Shown in pieces: positions 51,473 to 63,623 of a DNA stretch of 64,000 nt. Source of the DNA: Escherichia coli (GTDB lineage Bacteria > Pseudomonadota > Gammaproteobacteria > Enterobacterales > Enterobacteriaceae); the NCBI RefSeq assembly GCF_044324875.1, contig NZ_CP172185.1; one strand, written 5' to 3'. The notes beneath the pieces are model-generated. The model was not told the DNA's origin. It made no database searches and saw only the letters and a list, made by a program, of their open reading frames with translations. The translations under genes and the position numbers were made by a program. Position 1 is the first letter of the stretch; every line of letters starts with the position of its first letter.

Positions 51473-52525
51473 TTACCCGCGACGCGCTTTTACTGCATTC
51501 GCCAGTTGACGTAATAGAGCATCGGTATCTTCCCAGCCGATGCAGGCATCAGTGATGCTCTTTCCGTAGGCCAGCGGCTCCCCGCTCTCGAGGCTCTGAT
51601 TGCCTTCCACCAGATGGCTTTCCACCATCACGCCAATAATGGCCTTTTCGCCACCGGCAATCTGCTGGCAAACGTCAGCACAAACATCCATCTGCTTTTT
51701 GAATTGTTTGGACGAATTAGCATGGCTGAAATCGATCATCACCTGTGCTGGCAGGCCTGCTTTGTTCAGCCCTTCTTTCACTTCAGCAACGTGCTTCGCA
51801 CTGTAGTTAGGCTCTTTACCGCCGCGCAGAATGATATGGCAATCGCCGTTACCGCTGGTATTCACAATCGCCGAATGCCCCCATTTCGTTACGGACAGGA
51901 AGCAGTGCGGCGCACCGGCGGCATTAATGGCATCGATAGCCACTTTAATCGTACCATCAGTGCCATTTTTGAAGCCTACCGGGCAAGAAAGCCCTGATGC
52001 CAGTTCGCGGTGCACCTGCGATTCCGTAGTACGTGCGCCAATTGCGCCCCAGCTCATCAGGTCAGCGAGATATTGTGGGGTGATCATATCCAGGAATTCA
52101 CCCGCCGCTGGCAGACCGCTGTCGTTAATATCGAGCAGCAATTTGCGGGCAATACGCAGACCGTCGTTGATCTGGAAGCTGTTATCCATATGCGGATCGT
52201 TAATCAGCCCTTTCCAGCCCACCGTAGTACGCGGCTTTTCAAAATAGACGCGCATCACGATTTCCAGCTCATCTTGCAGCTCTTCACGCAGCGTCAGCAA
52301 GCGAGCGGCATACTCTTTAGCCGCGACAGGATCATGAATTGAGCACGGACCAATCACCACCAACAGGCGATCATCATTACCTTTCAGGATTTTATGGATC
52401 GCTTTTCGGGCATGGGCGACCGTATTCGCGGCATTTTCAGTAGCGGGGAATTTTTCCAGCAATGCGACAGGAGGAAGTAACTCTTTGATTTCTTTGATGC
52501 GTAAATCGTCGTTCTGATAATTCAT
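51473..52525 (-). CDS. aroG: DAHP synthase, Phe-sensitive
   Basis: 350-aa product MNYQNDDLRIKEIKELLPP. Confidence 0.95.
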   Translation of the reverse strand: MNYQNDDLRIKEIKELLPPVALLEKFPATENAANTVAHARKAIHKILKGNDDRLLVVIGPCSIHDPVAAKEYAARLLTLREELQDELEIVMRVYFEKPRTTVGWKGLINDPHMDNSFQINDGLRIARKLLLDINDSGLPAAGEFLDMITPQYLADLMSWGAIGARTTESQVHRELASGLSCPVGFKNGTDGTIKVAIDAINAAGAPHCFLSVTKWGHSAIVNTSGNGDCHIILRGGKEPNYSAKHVAEVKEGLNKAGLPAQVMIDFSHANSSKQFKKQMDVCADVCQQIAGGEKAIIGVMVESHLVEGNQSLESGEPLAYGKSITDACIGWEDTDALLRQLANAVKARRG

Positions 52526-52839
52526 GTCTGTTCCAGTGTTGCCATACTTATCTTAGTGAATGCAATACTTCCAATCTATATCTTCCGTCAGAATGTGTAA
52601 ACGGGGTTTTACACTATGAACGGATTAATCCTGGAATTAGCAAGAAAAACGCCAGATTGTCGCGAAAAACGAGATCTCTCCTACAATTTCTAACTGTAAC
52701 TCCTTTGTTTGTTAATTATTTCAAGATTCTCTGCTGGGTATCTTAGCCTGGCTGAAATCTTAAACCATTGCCTATATTCACCTGCAAATGCACTGTTGGA
52801 AGAGGTTATCCGACATAACGACCATAACAGGAGCATCCT

Positions 52840-53220
52840 ATGAAAATGACAAAACTGGCCACACTATTTTTGACTGCCACTCTAAGCCTTGCCAGCGGTG
52901 CCGCACTGGCTGCCGATAGCGGAGCGCAAAGCAATAACGGCCAGGCAAACGCCGCAGCTGATGCGGGCCAGGTAGCCCCTGATGCCCGTGAAAATGTCGC
53001 GCCAAATAACGTCGACAATAACGGGGTAAATACCGGTTCTGGTGGCACAATGCTGCATCCGGATGGTTCTTCAATGAACAATGACGGCATGACCAAAGAT
53101 GAAGAGCACAAGAACACCATGTGCAAAGATGGTCGCTGCCCGGATATCAATAAAAAAGTCCAAACCGGTGATGGCATCAACAATGATGTCGATACCAAAA
53201 CCGACGGTACCACGCAGTAA
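52840..53220 (+). CDS. ybgS: Secreted low-complexity protein YbgS
   Basis: 126-aa product with signal peptide and N/G/D-rich body. Confidence 0.9.
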   Translation: MKMTKLATLFLTATLSLASGAALAADSGAQSNNGQANAAADAGQVAPDARENVAPNNVDNNGVNTGSGGTMLHPDGSSMNNDGMTKDEEHKNTMCKDGRCPDINKKVQTGDGINNDVDTKTDGTTQ

Positions 53221-53333
53221 CCCTGCGAAATAGCCAATAATGGGAGAGCGGAGTCTCTCCCTTTTAATTTTTCCCTTCTAAAAGCAGTATGATGTCATAA
53301 AGTTAAGTGAGAATAATTAAGGGATGACTCGTC

Positions 53334-54275
53334 ATGGCGCACTCACACTCACACACTTCCTCACACCTGCCAGAAGATAATAATGCTCGTCGCTTGTTGT
53401 ATGCTTTCGGCGTGACTGCCGGGTTTATGCTGGTAGAAGTCATTGGTGGTTTTCTTTCCGGTTCTCTGGCATTGCTGGCCGATGCGGGTCATATGTTGAC
53501 CGATACTGCCGCCCTGCTTTTCGCCCTACTCGCAGTGCAATTTTCCCGTCGTCCTCCCACCATTCGCCACACTTTCGGTTGGCTAAGATTGACCACGCTC
53601 GCGGCGTTTGTGAATGCCATCGCCCTGGTGGTGATTACTATTTTGATTGTCTGGGAGGCGATAGAACGCTTCCGCACTCCGCTTCCGGTCGAGGGCGGCA
53701 TGATGATGGCAATTGCCGTGGCTGGGCTGCTGGCAAATATACTTTCTTTCTGGTTACTTCATCACGGCAGCGAAGAGAAAAACCTCAACGTGCGAGCAGC
53801 GGCACTGCATGTGCTCGGGGACCTGCTGGGTTCGGTTGGGGCTATTATTGCCGCGTTGATTATTATCTGGACCGGCTGGACACCTGCTGACCCCATTCTC
53901 TCAATACTGGTGTCGCTTCTGGTTCTGCGTAGCGCGTGGCGACTGTTGAAAGATAGCGTGAATGAATTACTTGAAGGTGCACCGGTATCGCTGGATATCG
54001 CCGAACTGAAGCGTCGTATGTGCCGGGAAATCCCGGAAGTCCGCAATGTGCACCATGTACATGTATGGATGGTAGGCGAGAAGCCGGTGATGACGCTGCA
54101 TGTGCAGGTGATCCCGCCACACGATCACGATGCCTTGTTAGATCAGATCCAACACTACCTGATGGATCACTATCAGATTGAACACGCCACTATTCAGATG
54201 GAATATCAACCTTGTCATGGGCCAGACTGCCACCTGAATGAAGGGGTGTCTGGCCATTCACATCATCACCATTAA
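53334..54275 (+). CDS. zitB: Zinc efflux transporter ZitB (CDF family)
   Basis: 313-aa membrane product with His-rich termini. Confidence 0.95.
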   Translation: MAHSHSHTSSHLPEDNNARRLLYAFGVTAGFMLVEVIGGFLSGSLALLADAGHMLTDTAALLFALLAVQFSRRPPTIRHTFGWLRLTTLAAFVNAIALVVITILIVWEAIERFRTPLPVEGGMMMAIAVAGLLANILSFWLLHHGSEEKNLNVRAAALHVLGDLLGSVGAIIAALIIIWTGWTPADPILSILVSLLVLRSAWRLLKDSVNELLEGAPVSLDIAELKRRMCREIPEVRNVHHVHVWMVGEKPVMTLHVQVIPPHDHDALLDQIQHYLMDHYQIEHATIQMEYQPCHGPDCHLNEGVSGHSHHHH

Positions 54276-54991
54276 TGGGACAGCGCGCGTGAACCTCTTT
54301 CGCGTGCGCTGTTGATCCACATCCGGCTGCCGTTGAGGGCAATAAAGGTCAGGATGATGTACTCCAGAGACATGGCGTAAACGCCCTGAAGTGCAAAAAT
54401 AACGACGCTAATCACGTTAATAATCACCCACAACAGCCAGTTTTCCACATACTTACGCGTCATCAGAATCATTGCCACGATAGATAACACCATCATGCAG
54501 GAATCCCAGAACGGGAAAGCGTCCGGCTGTAGTTCAGGCATCGCAACCTGTAATCCTAATGCTTGCATGATCATGACTGCCACGCGGGTCAAAAATGCAA
54601 ACACCGGATTGATAAATACCGTCATCAGACCAATCGAAACAACGCAAACCGCCAACCAGCTTAGCGCCTTCGGCAATGGCAACCAGCGAATTTTCAACTC
54701 CGCCTCGTTCTGACTGGTTTGTCGCGACCACGCATACCAGCCGTAAATATTCGCGGCAAAGAAAAACACCTGTAATAGCAGGCTGGCATACAGCTGAATC
54801 TGAAAGAAAATAATGCCAAACAATGTGACGTTGATCAGGCCAAAGAAGTAGTTGCTGATCTTCTCCAGACTGGCAAGGCCAATACACAGCAACCCGGCGA
54901 TCGTGCCTACCGCTTCGATCCATGAGAGATCATAACCGCCTGCTCCTATTGGTATATGTACCAGGATATTCTGCACACTAAAAAAATCCAT
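54272..54991 (-). CDS. pnuC: Nicotinamide riboside transporter PnuC
   Basis: 239-aa membrane product. Confidence 0.95.
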   Translation of the reverse strand: MDFFSVQNILVHIPIGAGGYDLSWIEAVGTIAGLLCIGLASLEKISNYFFGLINVTLFGIIFFQIQLYASLLLQVFFFAANIYGWYAWSRQTSQNEAELKIRWLPLPKALSWLAVCVVSIGLMTVFINPVFAFLTRVAVMIMQALGLQVAMPELQPDAFPFWDSCMMVLSIVAMILMTRKYVENWLLWVIINVISVVIFALQGVYAMSLEYIILTFIALNGSRMWINSARERGSRALSH

Positions 54992-55028
54992 CTTTCCCCC
55001 AAAGCGTAACGTTACGCCTTATTATTCG

Positions 55029-56073
55029 TTATCCACGTAGTGTAGCCGCAAAATCCAGCATACGATTGAGCGGCACCAGCGCCCTCTCTCGCAGCCTTTC
55101 CTCAACATGAACCTCGTGGATTGCTTCCTTCCTGTTCTAATGCCTCTGCGATGGCCTGAAGGCCATTCATGGCCATCCACGGACAATGCGCGCAGCTGCG
55201 GCAGGTTGCGCCCTCACCCGCGGTTGGTGCTTCCAGTAACTCTTTATCTGGTACCGCCTGCTGCATTTTGTAGAAAATACCCCGATCGGTTGCCACGATA
55301 AGTCGCTGATGTGGCAATGTTTTCGCAGCAGCAATCAGTTGACTGGTGGAACCGACCGCATCCGCCATCTCTACAATAGCTTGCGGTGATTCTGGATGCA
55401 CCAGTATGGCAGCATCCGGGTATTCTTCTTGCAAGCGGGTTAACGCCTGAGTCTTAAACTCATCATGCACAATGCAGGCACCCTGCCAGCATAAAATGTC
55501 TGCGCCCGTCTGTTTTTGCACGTAACGCCCCAGATGTTTGTCGGGTGCCCAGATGATTTTTTCACCCAAACTATCCAGATGATCAATAAGTTCGACGGCA
55601 ATGCTTGAAGTTATCACCCAATCTGCCCGCGCTTTTACCGCAGCAGAAGTGTTGGCGTAGACGACGACAGTATGATCGGGATGGGCATCGCAAAATGCGT
55701 TAAATTCTTCAACTGGGCAGCCGAGATCCAGTGAACATTCAGCCTGAAGTGTCGGCATCAGAATTGTTTTTTCCGGACTGAGAATTTTGGCGGTTTCTCC
55801 CATAAATCTCACCCCAGCGACTAACAACGTAGAAGCGGGATGCTTTGCACCGAAGCGCGCCATTTCCAGAGAATCAGAAATACAGCCACCGGTTTCTTCT
55901 GCCAGTTGTTGAATTTCGGGATCGGTATAGTAGTGGGCAACCATCACCGCATTACGTTCTTTTAGCAGACGTTTTATCTTCTCGCGGTAATACACTTTTT
56001 CATCAATGCTTAACGGCGTCGGCTTCGGGGGGAAAGGATAAATCGCCGTGTCTGGATCAAACATCACGCTCAT
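55029..56073 (-). pseudogene. nadA: Quinolinate synthase NadA with 1-nt insertion near 3' end (C-terminal frameshift)
   Basis: ORF 55102-56073 gives 323 aa ending ...[11 protein letters not shown]; deleting one C at about 55118-55119 restores ...[30 protein letters not shown] ending at 55029 (347 aa). Confidence 0.7.
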
Positions 56074-56145
56074 CTTACCATCTCGTTTTACAGGATTAAC
56101 GTTAAAGCCGACCTAAGCGTGATATTCGCTATTATCGGCGTAATT

Positions 56146-56163
56146 TGTTTTATATGCTAAACA
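56146..56163 (-). promoter_or_regulatory. Putative NadR operator in nadA promoter
   Basis: TGTTTTATATGCTAAACA resembles the TGTTTA-N6-TAAACA NAD box. Confidence 0.4.
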
Positions 56164-56319
56164 AGATAGTCGAATGGTGGGGAAAAGTCACTCGAATTAC
56201 GTATGAGATGACGAATGCCACACTTTGCGTCTTATTCCTCCGACGTAGAGTTGTTTACGCAGCAAGCGCGGAGTATGTCATCAGGGTTAAGAATTGAAAT
56301 TGAGAGATGCCTGAATAGC

Positions 56320-56347
56320 AAAAAAGCGCCTTTAGGGCGCTTTTTTA
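56320..56347. terminator. Bidirectional intrinsic terminator after lysQ
   Basis: A-run, GCGCC-ttta-GGCGC hairpin, T-run. Confidence 0.6.
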
Positions 56348-56350
56348 CAT

Positions 56351-56426
56351 TGGTGGGTCGTGCAGGATTCGAACCTGCGACCAATTGATTAAAAGTCAAC
56401 TGCTCTACCAACTGAGCTAACGACCC
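56351..56426 (-). tRNA. lysQ: tRNA-Lys (UUU)
   Basis: Reverse complement is a 76-nt tRNA-Lys with CCA end; position 7 of the lysT operon. Confidence 0.95.
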
Positions 56427-56459
56427 CTTGCGGGATTATGCTGCTTTAATCATTCAGGA

Positions 56460-56535
56460 TGGTGGGTCGTGCAGGATTCGAACCTGCGACCAATTGATTA
56501 AAAGTCAACTGCTCTACCAACTGAGCTAACGACCC
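56460..56535 (-). tRNA. lysZ: tRNA-Lys (UUU)
   Basis: Identical 76-nt tRNA-Lys copy. Confidence 0.95.
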
Positions 56536-56583
56536 ATACGGGTGTTACCTGAAAGATTTCTACTCGGAACCAATCTTTAAAAT

Positions 56584-56600
56584 TGGTGGGTCGTGCAGGA
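56584..56600 (-). repeat. tRNA-Lys 3'-end fragment at start of a ~70-bp spacer repeat
   Basis: TGGTGGGTCGTGCAGGA then diverges; the spacer recurs at 57077-57150. Confidence 0.5.
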
Positions 56601-56681
56601 TGACTCGCTTCGCTCGCCCTACGGGCCGTTGCTGGCGCAACGTTATCCTTCACGCTTAACATCTGAGTTTGATGTTAAAAT

Positions 56682-56757
56682 TGGTGGGTCGTGCAGGATT
56701 CGAACCTGCGACCAATTGATTAAAAGTCAACTGCTCTACCAACTGAGCTAACGACCC
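56682..56757 (-). tRNA. lysY: tRNA-Lys (UUU)
   Basis: 76-nt tRNA-Lys. Confidence 0.95.
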
Positions 56758-56760
56758 GAG

Positions 56761-56836
56761 TGGTGGGTGATGACGGGATCGAACCGCCGACCCCCTCCTT
56801 GTAAGGGAGGTGCTCTCCCAGCTGAGCTAATCACCC
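56761..56836 (-). tRNA. valZ: tRNA-Val (UAC)
   Basis: Reverse complement GGGTGATTAGCTCAGCTGGGAGAGCACCTCCCTTACAAGGAGG...CCA. Confidence 0.95.
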
Positions 56837-56887
56837 GATACTGCGCTGGATACTACAAACTACTTCCACCGAACCCACCGTAATTAG

Positions 56888-56963
56888 TGGTGGGTCGTGC
56901 AGGATTCGAACCTGCGACCAATTGATTAAAAGTCAACTGCTCTACCAACTGAGCTAACGACCC
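56888..56963 (-). tRNA. lysW: tRNA-Lys (UUU)
   Basis: 76-nt tRNA-Lys. Confidence 0.95.
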
Positions 56964-56965
56964 GG

Positions 56966-57041
56966 TGGTGGGTGATGACGGGATCGAACCGCCGACCCCC
57001 TCCTTGTAAGGGAGGTGCTCTCCCAGCTGAGCTAATCACCC
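56966..57041 (-). tRNA. valT: tRNA-Val (UAC)
   Basis: 76-nt tRNA-Val. Confidence 0.95.
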
Positions 57042-57076
57042 GATACTACGCTGGATACTACAACTAACTAGGTTAG

Positions 57077-57093
57077 TGGTGGATCGTGCAGGA
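57077..57093 (-). repeat. Second tRNA 3'-end fragment with spacer repeat
   Basis: TGGTGGATCGTGCAGGA followed by the same ~55-nt spacer as at 56601. Confidence 0.5.
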
Positions 57094-57176
57094 TGACTCG
57101 ACTTCGTCTCGCCCTTCGGGCCGTTGCTGATGCAACGTTATCCTTCACGTTTTACTACCGCTTCCACCTTAGCGAT

Positions 57177-57252
57177 TGGTGGGTCGTGCAGGATTCGAAC
57201 CTGCGACCAATTGATTAAAAGTCAACTGCTCTACCAACTGAGCTAACGACCC
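57177..57252 (-). tRNA. lysT: tRNA-Lys (UUU)
   Basis: 76-nt tRNA-Lys, first gene of the operon. Confidence 0.95.
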
Positions 57253-57415
57253 ACTTTTCGTTGCTTTCGGGTTGTTTGATATCCCGTGGCAACGGCGGCA
57301 TATATTACTGATTTCAGACTTGAGCGCAACAAAAATTTCGATGCAGATCACTCAACTGCTTATGATTCGCACGACACGACCAGAAATAATGCGACTTCTG
57401 GTCGTGTGTTATGCA

Positions 57416-58207
57416 TTACATCGCGTTCAGACGTTTTTGCGCCTGTTTAGCGCCATCAGTACCAGGATATTTACTGATAACCTGCTGGTATACGGCTTTC
57501 GCTTTTGCGGTGTCACCTTTGTCCTGCATGATGACGCCGACTTTAAACATCGCATCTGCAGCCTTTGGTGACTTCGGATAGTTTTTCACTACCGAAGCAA
57601 AATAGTACGCCGCATCATCTTTTTTACCCTTGTTGTAGTTTAACTGACCCAGCCAATAATTGGCGTTTGGCAGGTAAGTTGAATCAGGGTAATTTTTGAT
57701 GAAATTCTGAAATGCCACCATTGCGTCATCCTGGCGGGATTTATCCTGCACCAGCGCAATAGCTGCATTGTAATCCGTGTTTGCATCACCGCTTTTCACC
57801 GGCGCGCCAGCATTCGCAGTACCAGCATCAGCTGTCGGCGTCGTTGATGCCGCCGCACCGCTTTGATCGCCGCTGGTTGATTGCGCCGCTGCACCACCGC
57901 TGCTGAGGCTATCGATCTGCAACAGGATCTGCTTTTGCCGCTCCACGACCTGATTCAGTTGATACTGATTTTCCTGAATCTGACCACGCAGGGAATCAAT
58001 ATCGGATTGATTATCAGAGAGTTGTTGCTGGAGTTGGGTTAAAAGCTGGCTGTGAGCATTTGAAATACGCTCAAGTTGAGTGACGCGGTCTTCGACCGAG
58101 CCTGAGCCGACACTACTGATTGGTGCCTGAGCAAAAGCGGCCCAGGGGGCCGCTATACCAACCAGTAACGACAGACTCAATAGTTGATGTCTGAAGTTAC
58201 TGCTCAT
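57416..58207 (-). CDS. cpoB: Cell division coordinator CpoB (YbgF)
   Basis: 263-aa product with signal peptide, coiled coil and TPR region. Confidence 0.95.
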   Translation of the reverse strand: MSSNFRHQLLSLSLLVGIAAPWAAFAQAPISSVGSGSVEDRVTQLERISNAHSQLLTQLQQQLSDNQSDIDSLRGQIQENQYQLNQVVERQKQILLQIDSLSSGGAAAQSTSGDQSGAAASTTPTADAGTANAGAPVKSGDANTDYNAAIALVQDKSRQDDAMVAFQNFIKNYPDSTYLPNANYWLGQLNYNKGKKDDAAYYFASVVKNYPKSPKAADAMFKVGVIMQDKGDTAKAKAVYQQVISKYPGTDGAKQAQKRLNAM

Positions 58208-58216
58208 GCAATTCTC

Positions 58217-58762
<546 letters not shown>

Positions 58763-58772
58763 TTAATTATTA

Positions 58773-60065
58773 TCACAGATACGGCGACCAGGCAGGAAAT
58801 TTGACCTGTCCATCAGTTGCCGGAAGACGCGCTTTGAAACGCCCATCTGTAGAAACCAAATTCAGCACGGATCCCATCCCCTGAGAAGAGCTGTAGATTA
58901 CCATAGTGCCGTTAGGTGCCAGACTTGGCGTTTCATCCAGGAACGTGGACGACAGAACTTGTACGCCTCCCGTTGCCAGATCTTGTTTGGCAATGTGCTG
59001 CTGCCCACCATTGGAGCTGACCATTACCATAAATTTACCGTCGCTGCTGACATCCGCATCCTGGTTCTGCGAACCTTCCCAGGTAATACGTTGTGGCGCA
59101 CCGCCGTTGATATTCACTTTATAAACCTGTGGACGACCGGCCTGGTCAGAAGTAAATGCCAGGTTCTGGCTGTCCGGGAACCAGGTCGGTTCGGTATTGT
59201 TACTGCGACCATCCGTCACCTGGCGGATCTGACCAGAAGCCAAATCCATTACGTACAGGTTCAGACTACCGGTTTTCGACAAGGCGAATGCCAGTTTGCT
59301 GCCGTCTGGCGAGAATGCAGGTGCACCGTTGTGACGCGGGAACGAAGCCACCTGACGTACTGCGCCATTTGCCAGCGTTTGGATGACCAGCGCGGAACGA
59401 CCGCTTTCGAAGGTCACATAAGCCAGTTTAGAACCGTCTGGTGACCACGCCGGAGACATCAGCGGCTGCGGTGAACGGTGAACGACAAACTGGTTGTAAC
59501 CGTCATAGTCAGATACGCGCAGTTCATACGGGAACTGACCGCCGTTGGTCTGAACAACGTAGGCAATACGGGTACGGAACGCACCTTTAATGCCGGTCAG
59601 TTTTTCAAACACTTCATCACTGGCGGTATGACCAGCATAACGCAGCCACTGCTTGTTCACTTTGTACGAGTTCTGAGCAAGTACAGTACCCGGTGCGCCG
59701 CCAGTGTCAACAAGTTGATAAGCAACATTGTAAGAACCGTCCGGATTCGGAGTGACCTGGCCGACAACCACTGCGTCGATCCCCAGCGCAGACCATGCAG
59801 CTGGTTGTACTTCCTGCGCACTACCCGGCTGCTGTGGCAGACGAGCGCGATCTAACGGATTAAATTTACCGCTGTTACGCAAGTCAGCAGCAACGATACC
59901 GCCAATATCTTCAGGTGCCGCACCAGGACCCGCCCACTGGAAAGGAACAACGCCAATAGGACGACCGGAATCTACACCGCTGTCGATCACAATGCGGACT
60001 TCAGCATGCAGAACTGATGCCCACAGTATGAGAAAACCAAATGCTACTCGTAATGCCTGCTTCAT
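58773..60065 (-). CDS. tolB: Tol-Pal system periplasmic protein TolB
   Basis: 430-aa product from [14 protein letters not shown]. Confidence 0.95.
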   Translation of the reverse strand: MKQALRVAFGFLILWASVLHAEVRIVIDSGVDSGRPIGVVPFQWAGPGAAPEDIGGIVAADLRNSGKFNPLDRARLPQQPGSAQEVQPAAWSALGIDAVVVGQVTPNPDGSYNVAYQLVDTGGAPGTVLAQNSYKVNKQWLRYAGHTASDEVFEKLTGIKGAFRTRIAYVVQTNGGQFPYELRVSDYDGYNQFVVHRSPQPLMSPAWSPDGSKLAYVTFESGRSALVIQTLANGAVRQVASFPRHNGAPAFSPDGSKLAFALSKTGSLNLYVMDLASGQIRQVTDGRSNNTEPTWFPDSQNLAFTSDQAGRPQVYKVNINGGAPQRITWEGSQNQDADVSSDGKFMVMVSSNGGQQHIAKQDLATGGVQVLSSTFLDETPSLAPNGTMVIYSSSQGMGSVLNLVSTDGRFKARLPATDGQVKFPAWSPYL

Positions 60066-60197
60066 CATATCTCCCTTATCTGGACCGATGGCCCACGATA
60101 ATTTAGCAGAATGTTAACAAACTAAAATACACAAAACTACCAGAACCCCGTGGCAACCGGTGCCTGATGTTGACCGTCGGAACAGTCAACATCGCGA

Positions 60198-61463
60198 TTA
60201 CGGTTTGAAGTCCAATGGCGCGTTTTTGAACACTTCATATACTGCCTGGCTTGGTGGTTTCGGGATCTTCGCAAGTTTAGCTGCTGCCAACGCAGCCTGA
60301 CAAAGTGCGGGATCGCCACCTTCAGGTTTGATATCCAGTAACATACCATCGGGTGCCAGTTTTATGCGCAGCGTACAGGTTTTGCCTGCATAGGACGATG
60401 CGTCATAGAACTTACTTTCGATAGCAGATTTAATCTGCCCGGCATAGTTATTGATATCGGCCCCTGATGCGCCATTGTTTTTAGTATTACCACTCCCGGC
60501 TGGCGAAGCATTGTTCCCTTTCGCCCCTCCCCCCGTTTTCGGTGCATTCTTACCAGAGCTTAGCTCACCGAAAATATCATCTGCCTCTGCGGCCGCTTTT
60601 GCTGCAGCGGCTTTTTCAGCTGCTGCTTTTGCAGCTGCCGCTTTTTTGTCTGCGGCGGCTTTTTCTGCCGCTGCTTTCTTATCAGCTGCTGCCTTTTCAG
60701 CAGCCGCTTTTTCTGCTGCTTTTTTGTCGGCTGCAGCTTTCTCTGCTGCCGCTTTCTTATCAGCTGCAGCCTTTTCAGCAGCCGCTTTCTTCTCAGCTTC
60801 TGCCTTGGCTTTTTCAGCAGCTTCAGTTGCCGCTTTCTTTCTTGCTTCAGCTGCAGCTGCTTCTGCCGCTTCCGCTTTCTTCTTCAGTGCCGCCGCGGCT
60901 GCCTCGGCTTTTTTCTGCGCTTCGGCTGCGGCTTTGGCGGCTTCTGCTTCTGCTTTTTTCTTCGCGTCTGCAGCCGCTTTCTTCGCAGCTTCTTCCGCAG
61001 CTTTAGCATCCGCTTCGGCCTTCGCTTTAGCATCTGCCGCCGCTTTCGCTGCCGCCTCTTCCGCTTGCTTCTGCTTTAACTCGGCCTGTTTTGCGGCTTC
61101 TTCAGCCTGCTTTTTCTGCTCCTGAGCCGCTAACCGCTCTTTCTCAAGTTGCTTCAGGCGTTCCTGTTCAGCCGCTTGTTTCTCACGCAGTTCTTCAGCA
61201 GCCTGCTGTTCCTTCATCTTGCGCTGCTCATCAGAACGCTTCGCGCTTGATTCCTGGCTTTGCATGCGTTTGTACTGCTCAACTACCGCACCTGAATCAA
61301 CCATGACAGCGTCGATGGACGAACCACCGCCGCCTCCGGCTGAAGCTTCTATATTCTCATCGAACGAACTCCAGATCAGCGCCGCAAATAAGATGACATG
61401 CAGCACTGCTGAAATAATTATCGCCCGCTTGAGCTTGTCGTTTTGTTCGGTTGCCTTTGACAC
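60198..61463 (-). CDS. tolA: Tol-Pal system protein TolA
   Basis: 421-aa product with Ala/Lys/Glu-rich repetitive helical domain. Confidence 0.95.
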   Translation of the reverse strand: MSKATEQNDKLKRAIIISAVLHVILFAALIWSSFDENIEASAGGGGGSSIDAVMVDSGAVVEQYKRMQSQESSAKRSDEQRKMKEQQAAEELREKQAAEQERLKQLEKERLAAQEQKKQAEEAAKQAELKQKQAEEAAAKAAADAKAKAEADAKAAEEAAKKAAADAKKKAEAEAAKAAAEAQKKAEAAAAALKKKAEAAEAAAAEARKKAATEAAEKAKAEAEKKAAAEKAAADKKAAAEKAAADKKAAEKAAAEKAAADKKAAAEKAAADKKAAAAKAAAEKAAAAKAAAEADDIFGELSSGKNAPKTGGGAKGNNASPAGSGNTKNNGASGADINNYAGQIKSAIESKFYDASSYAGKTCTLRIKLAPDGMLLDIKPEGGDPALCQAALAAAKLAKIPKPPSQAVYEVFKNAPLDFKP

Positions 61464-61527
61464 TCTCGGTTTCCAAAAACTGTTCGCCTGTTACCCGCTC
61501 TCTTTCAAGCAAGGGAAACGCAGATGT

Positions 61528-61956
61528 TTAGATAGGCTGCGTCATTAAACCAACCGATTTCACACCCGCACTATGTAACAAGTTCAGTGCTTTAATTATT
61601 TCATCGTAAGGCACATCTTTTGCGCCACCGATCAGAAAGACCGTTTTCGGGTTGGCCTTGAAACGGCTGGACACTTCCGCCACCACCTGCTCTGGTGGTA
61701 AACGCTCCAGGCGATCTTTCTCAACCACCACGGTGTACTGACCAATACCAGACACTTCAACAATCACTGGCGGATTATCGTTACTGCTCACCGCCTGTGA
61801 TTCAGTAGCGTCTGGCAGATCGACCTCCACGCTCTGGGTGATGATGGGCGCTGTCGCCATAAAGATCAGCAACAGCACCAGCAGTACGTCCAGCAACGGT
61901 ACAATGTTGATTTCGGACTTGAGATCGCGACGACCTCGTCCACGCGCTCTGGCCAT
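61528..61956 (-). CDS. tolR: Tol-Pal system protein TolR
   Basis: 142-aa product. Confidence 0.95.
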   Translation of the reverse strand: MARARGRGRRDLKSEINIVPLLDVLLVLLLIFMATAPIITQSVEVDLPDATESQAVSSNDNPPVIVEVSGIGQYTVVVEKDRLERLPPEQVVAEVSSRFKANPKTVFLIGGAKDVPYDEIIKALNLLHSAGVKSVGLMTQPI

Positions 61957-61959
61957 GGC

Positions 61960-63053
<1,094 letters not shown>

Positions 63054-63151
63054 TTTACATCCCGGTAATGCAACAAAAGTTAGAGCTTTTAAACGCTGCT
63101 ACTATACGCGCGCGATTGAGGTTTGGGAATGAGGGCAAGTTAAGGGAGCGT

Positions 63152-63187
63152 AAAAATTTATGGGCCTGGAGCGGCCCATAATTTTTT
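63152..63187. terminator. Bidirectional intrinsic terminator after ybgE
   Basis: A-run, TGGGCC-tggagc-GGCCCA hairpin, T-run. Confidence 0.55.
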
Positions 63188-63202
63188 AAAGAGAATTCTG
63201 AT

Positions 63203-63496
63203 TTAAAAGAAGAAGAAAATCAGCCCGACAATGAGAACAATATCGGCAAGCAATGGGCAAAAAATCCCTTGCCAAAGAACCTTCTGCGGACGAAAGCCCA
63301 CGCCGTGAATCACACCAGCACAGACGGCCCACATCAGCAATAAACCATGCCAGATTTCCAGTTCACTGGTCTTCGCGGCGAAACGTGATGGGTCCCAAAA
63401 CATACATCCTGCTAACAGAAGCGCCATCACGAAGGAAAGCGCCCGCAGGGGGCGCTTGTCCATTACCGCATACAAGGTTGCGATAATCTTACTCAT
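63203..63496 (-). CDS. ybgE: Small membrane protein YbgE
   Basis: 97-aa membrane product. Confidence 0.9.
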   Translation of the reverse strand: MSKIIATLYAVMDKRPLRALSFVMALLLAGCMFWDPSRFAAKTSELEIWHGLLLMWAVCAGVIHGVGFRPQKVLWQGIFCPLLADIVLIVGLIFFFF

Positions 63497-63609
63497 CAGA
63501 TGTCTTCTTGACCGGCTTTGCCTGATTCGACGTGCTCAAGCGCCAGCGCGGTGATTACCCCAAACGAACAGGCAAGAAGCGTTCCCAGAATCCATGCGAA
63601 ATACCACAT
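63496..63609 (-). CDS. cydX: Cytochrome bd-I accessory subunit CydX
   Basis: 37-aa product MWYFAWILGTLLACSFGVITALALEHVESGKAGQEDI; stop overlaps ybgE start. Confidence 0.85.
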   Translation of the reverse strand: MWYFAWILGTLLACSFGVITALALEHVESGKAGQEDI

Positions 63610-63623
63610 TTTTAGCTCCTTAC

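Noticed and set aside
56351-57252. Regularly spaced ~76-bp repeats that could be mistaken for a CRISPR array
   Set aside because: Each repeat is a complete tRNA-Lys or tRNA-Val gene with CCA end in the order of the lysT operon; spacers are variable in length and no cas genes are nearby.
57169-57351. 60-aa minus-strand ORF
   Set aside because: It overlaps the lysT tRNA gene and its promoter region; spurious.
60451-61125. Long plus-strand ORFs rich in Ala/Phe/Ser opposite tolA
   Set aside because: They are antisense readings of the repetitive Ala/Lys/Glu-coding region of tolA; the minus-strand TolA frame is the real gene.
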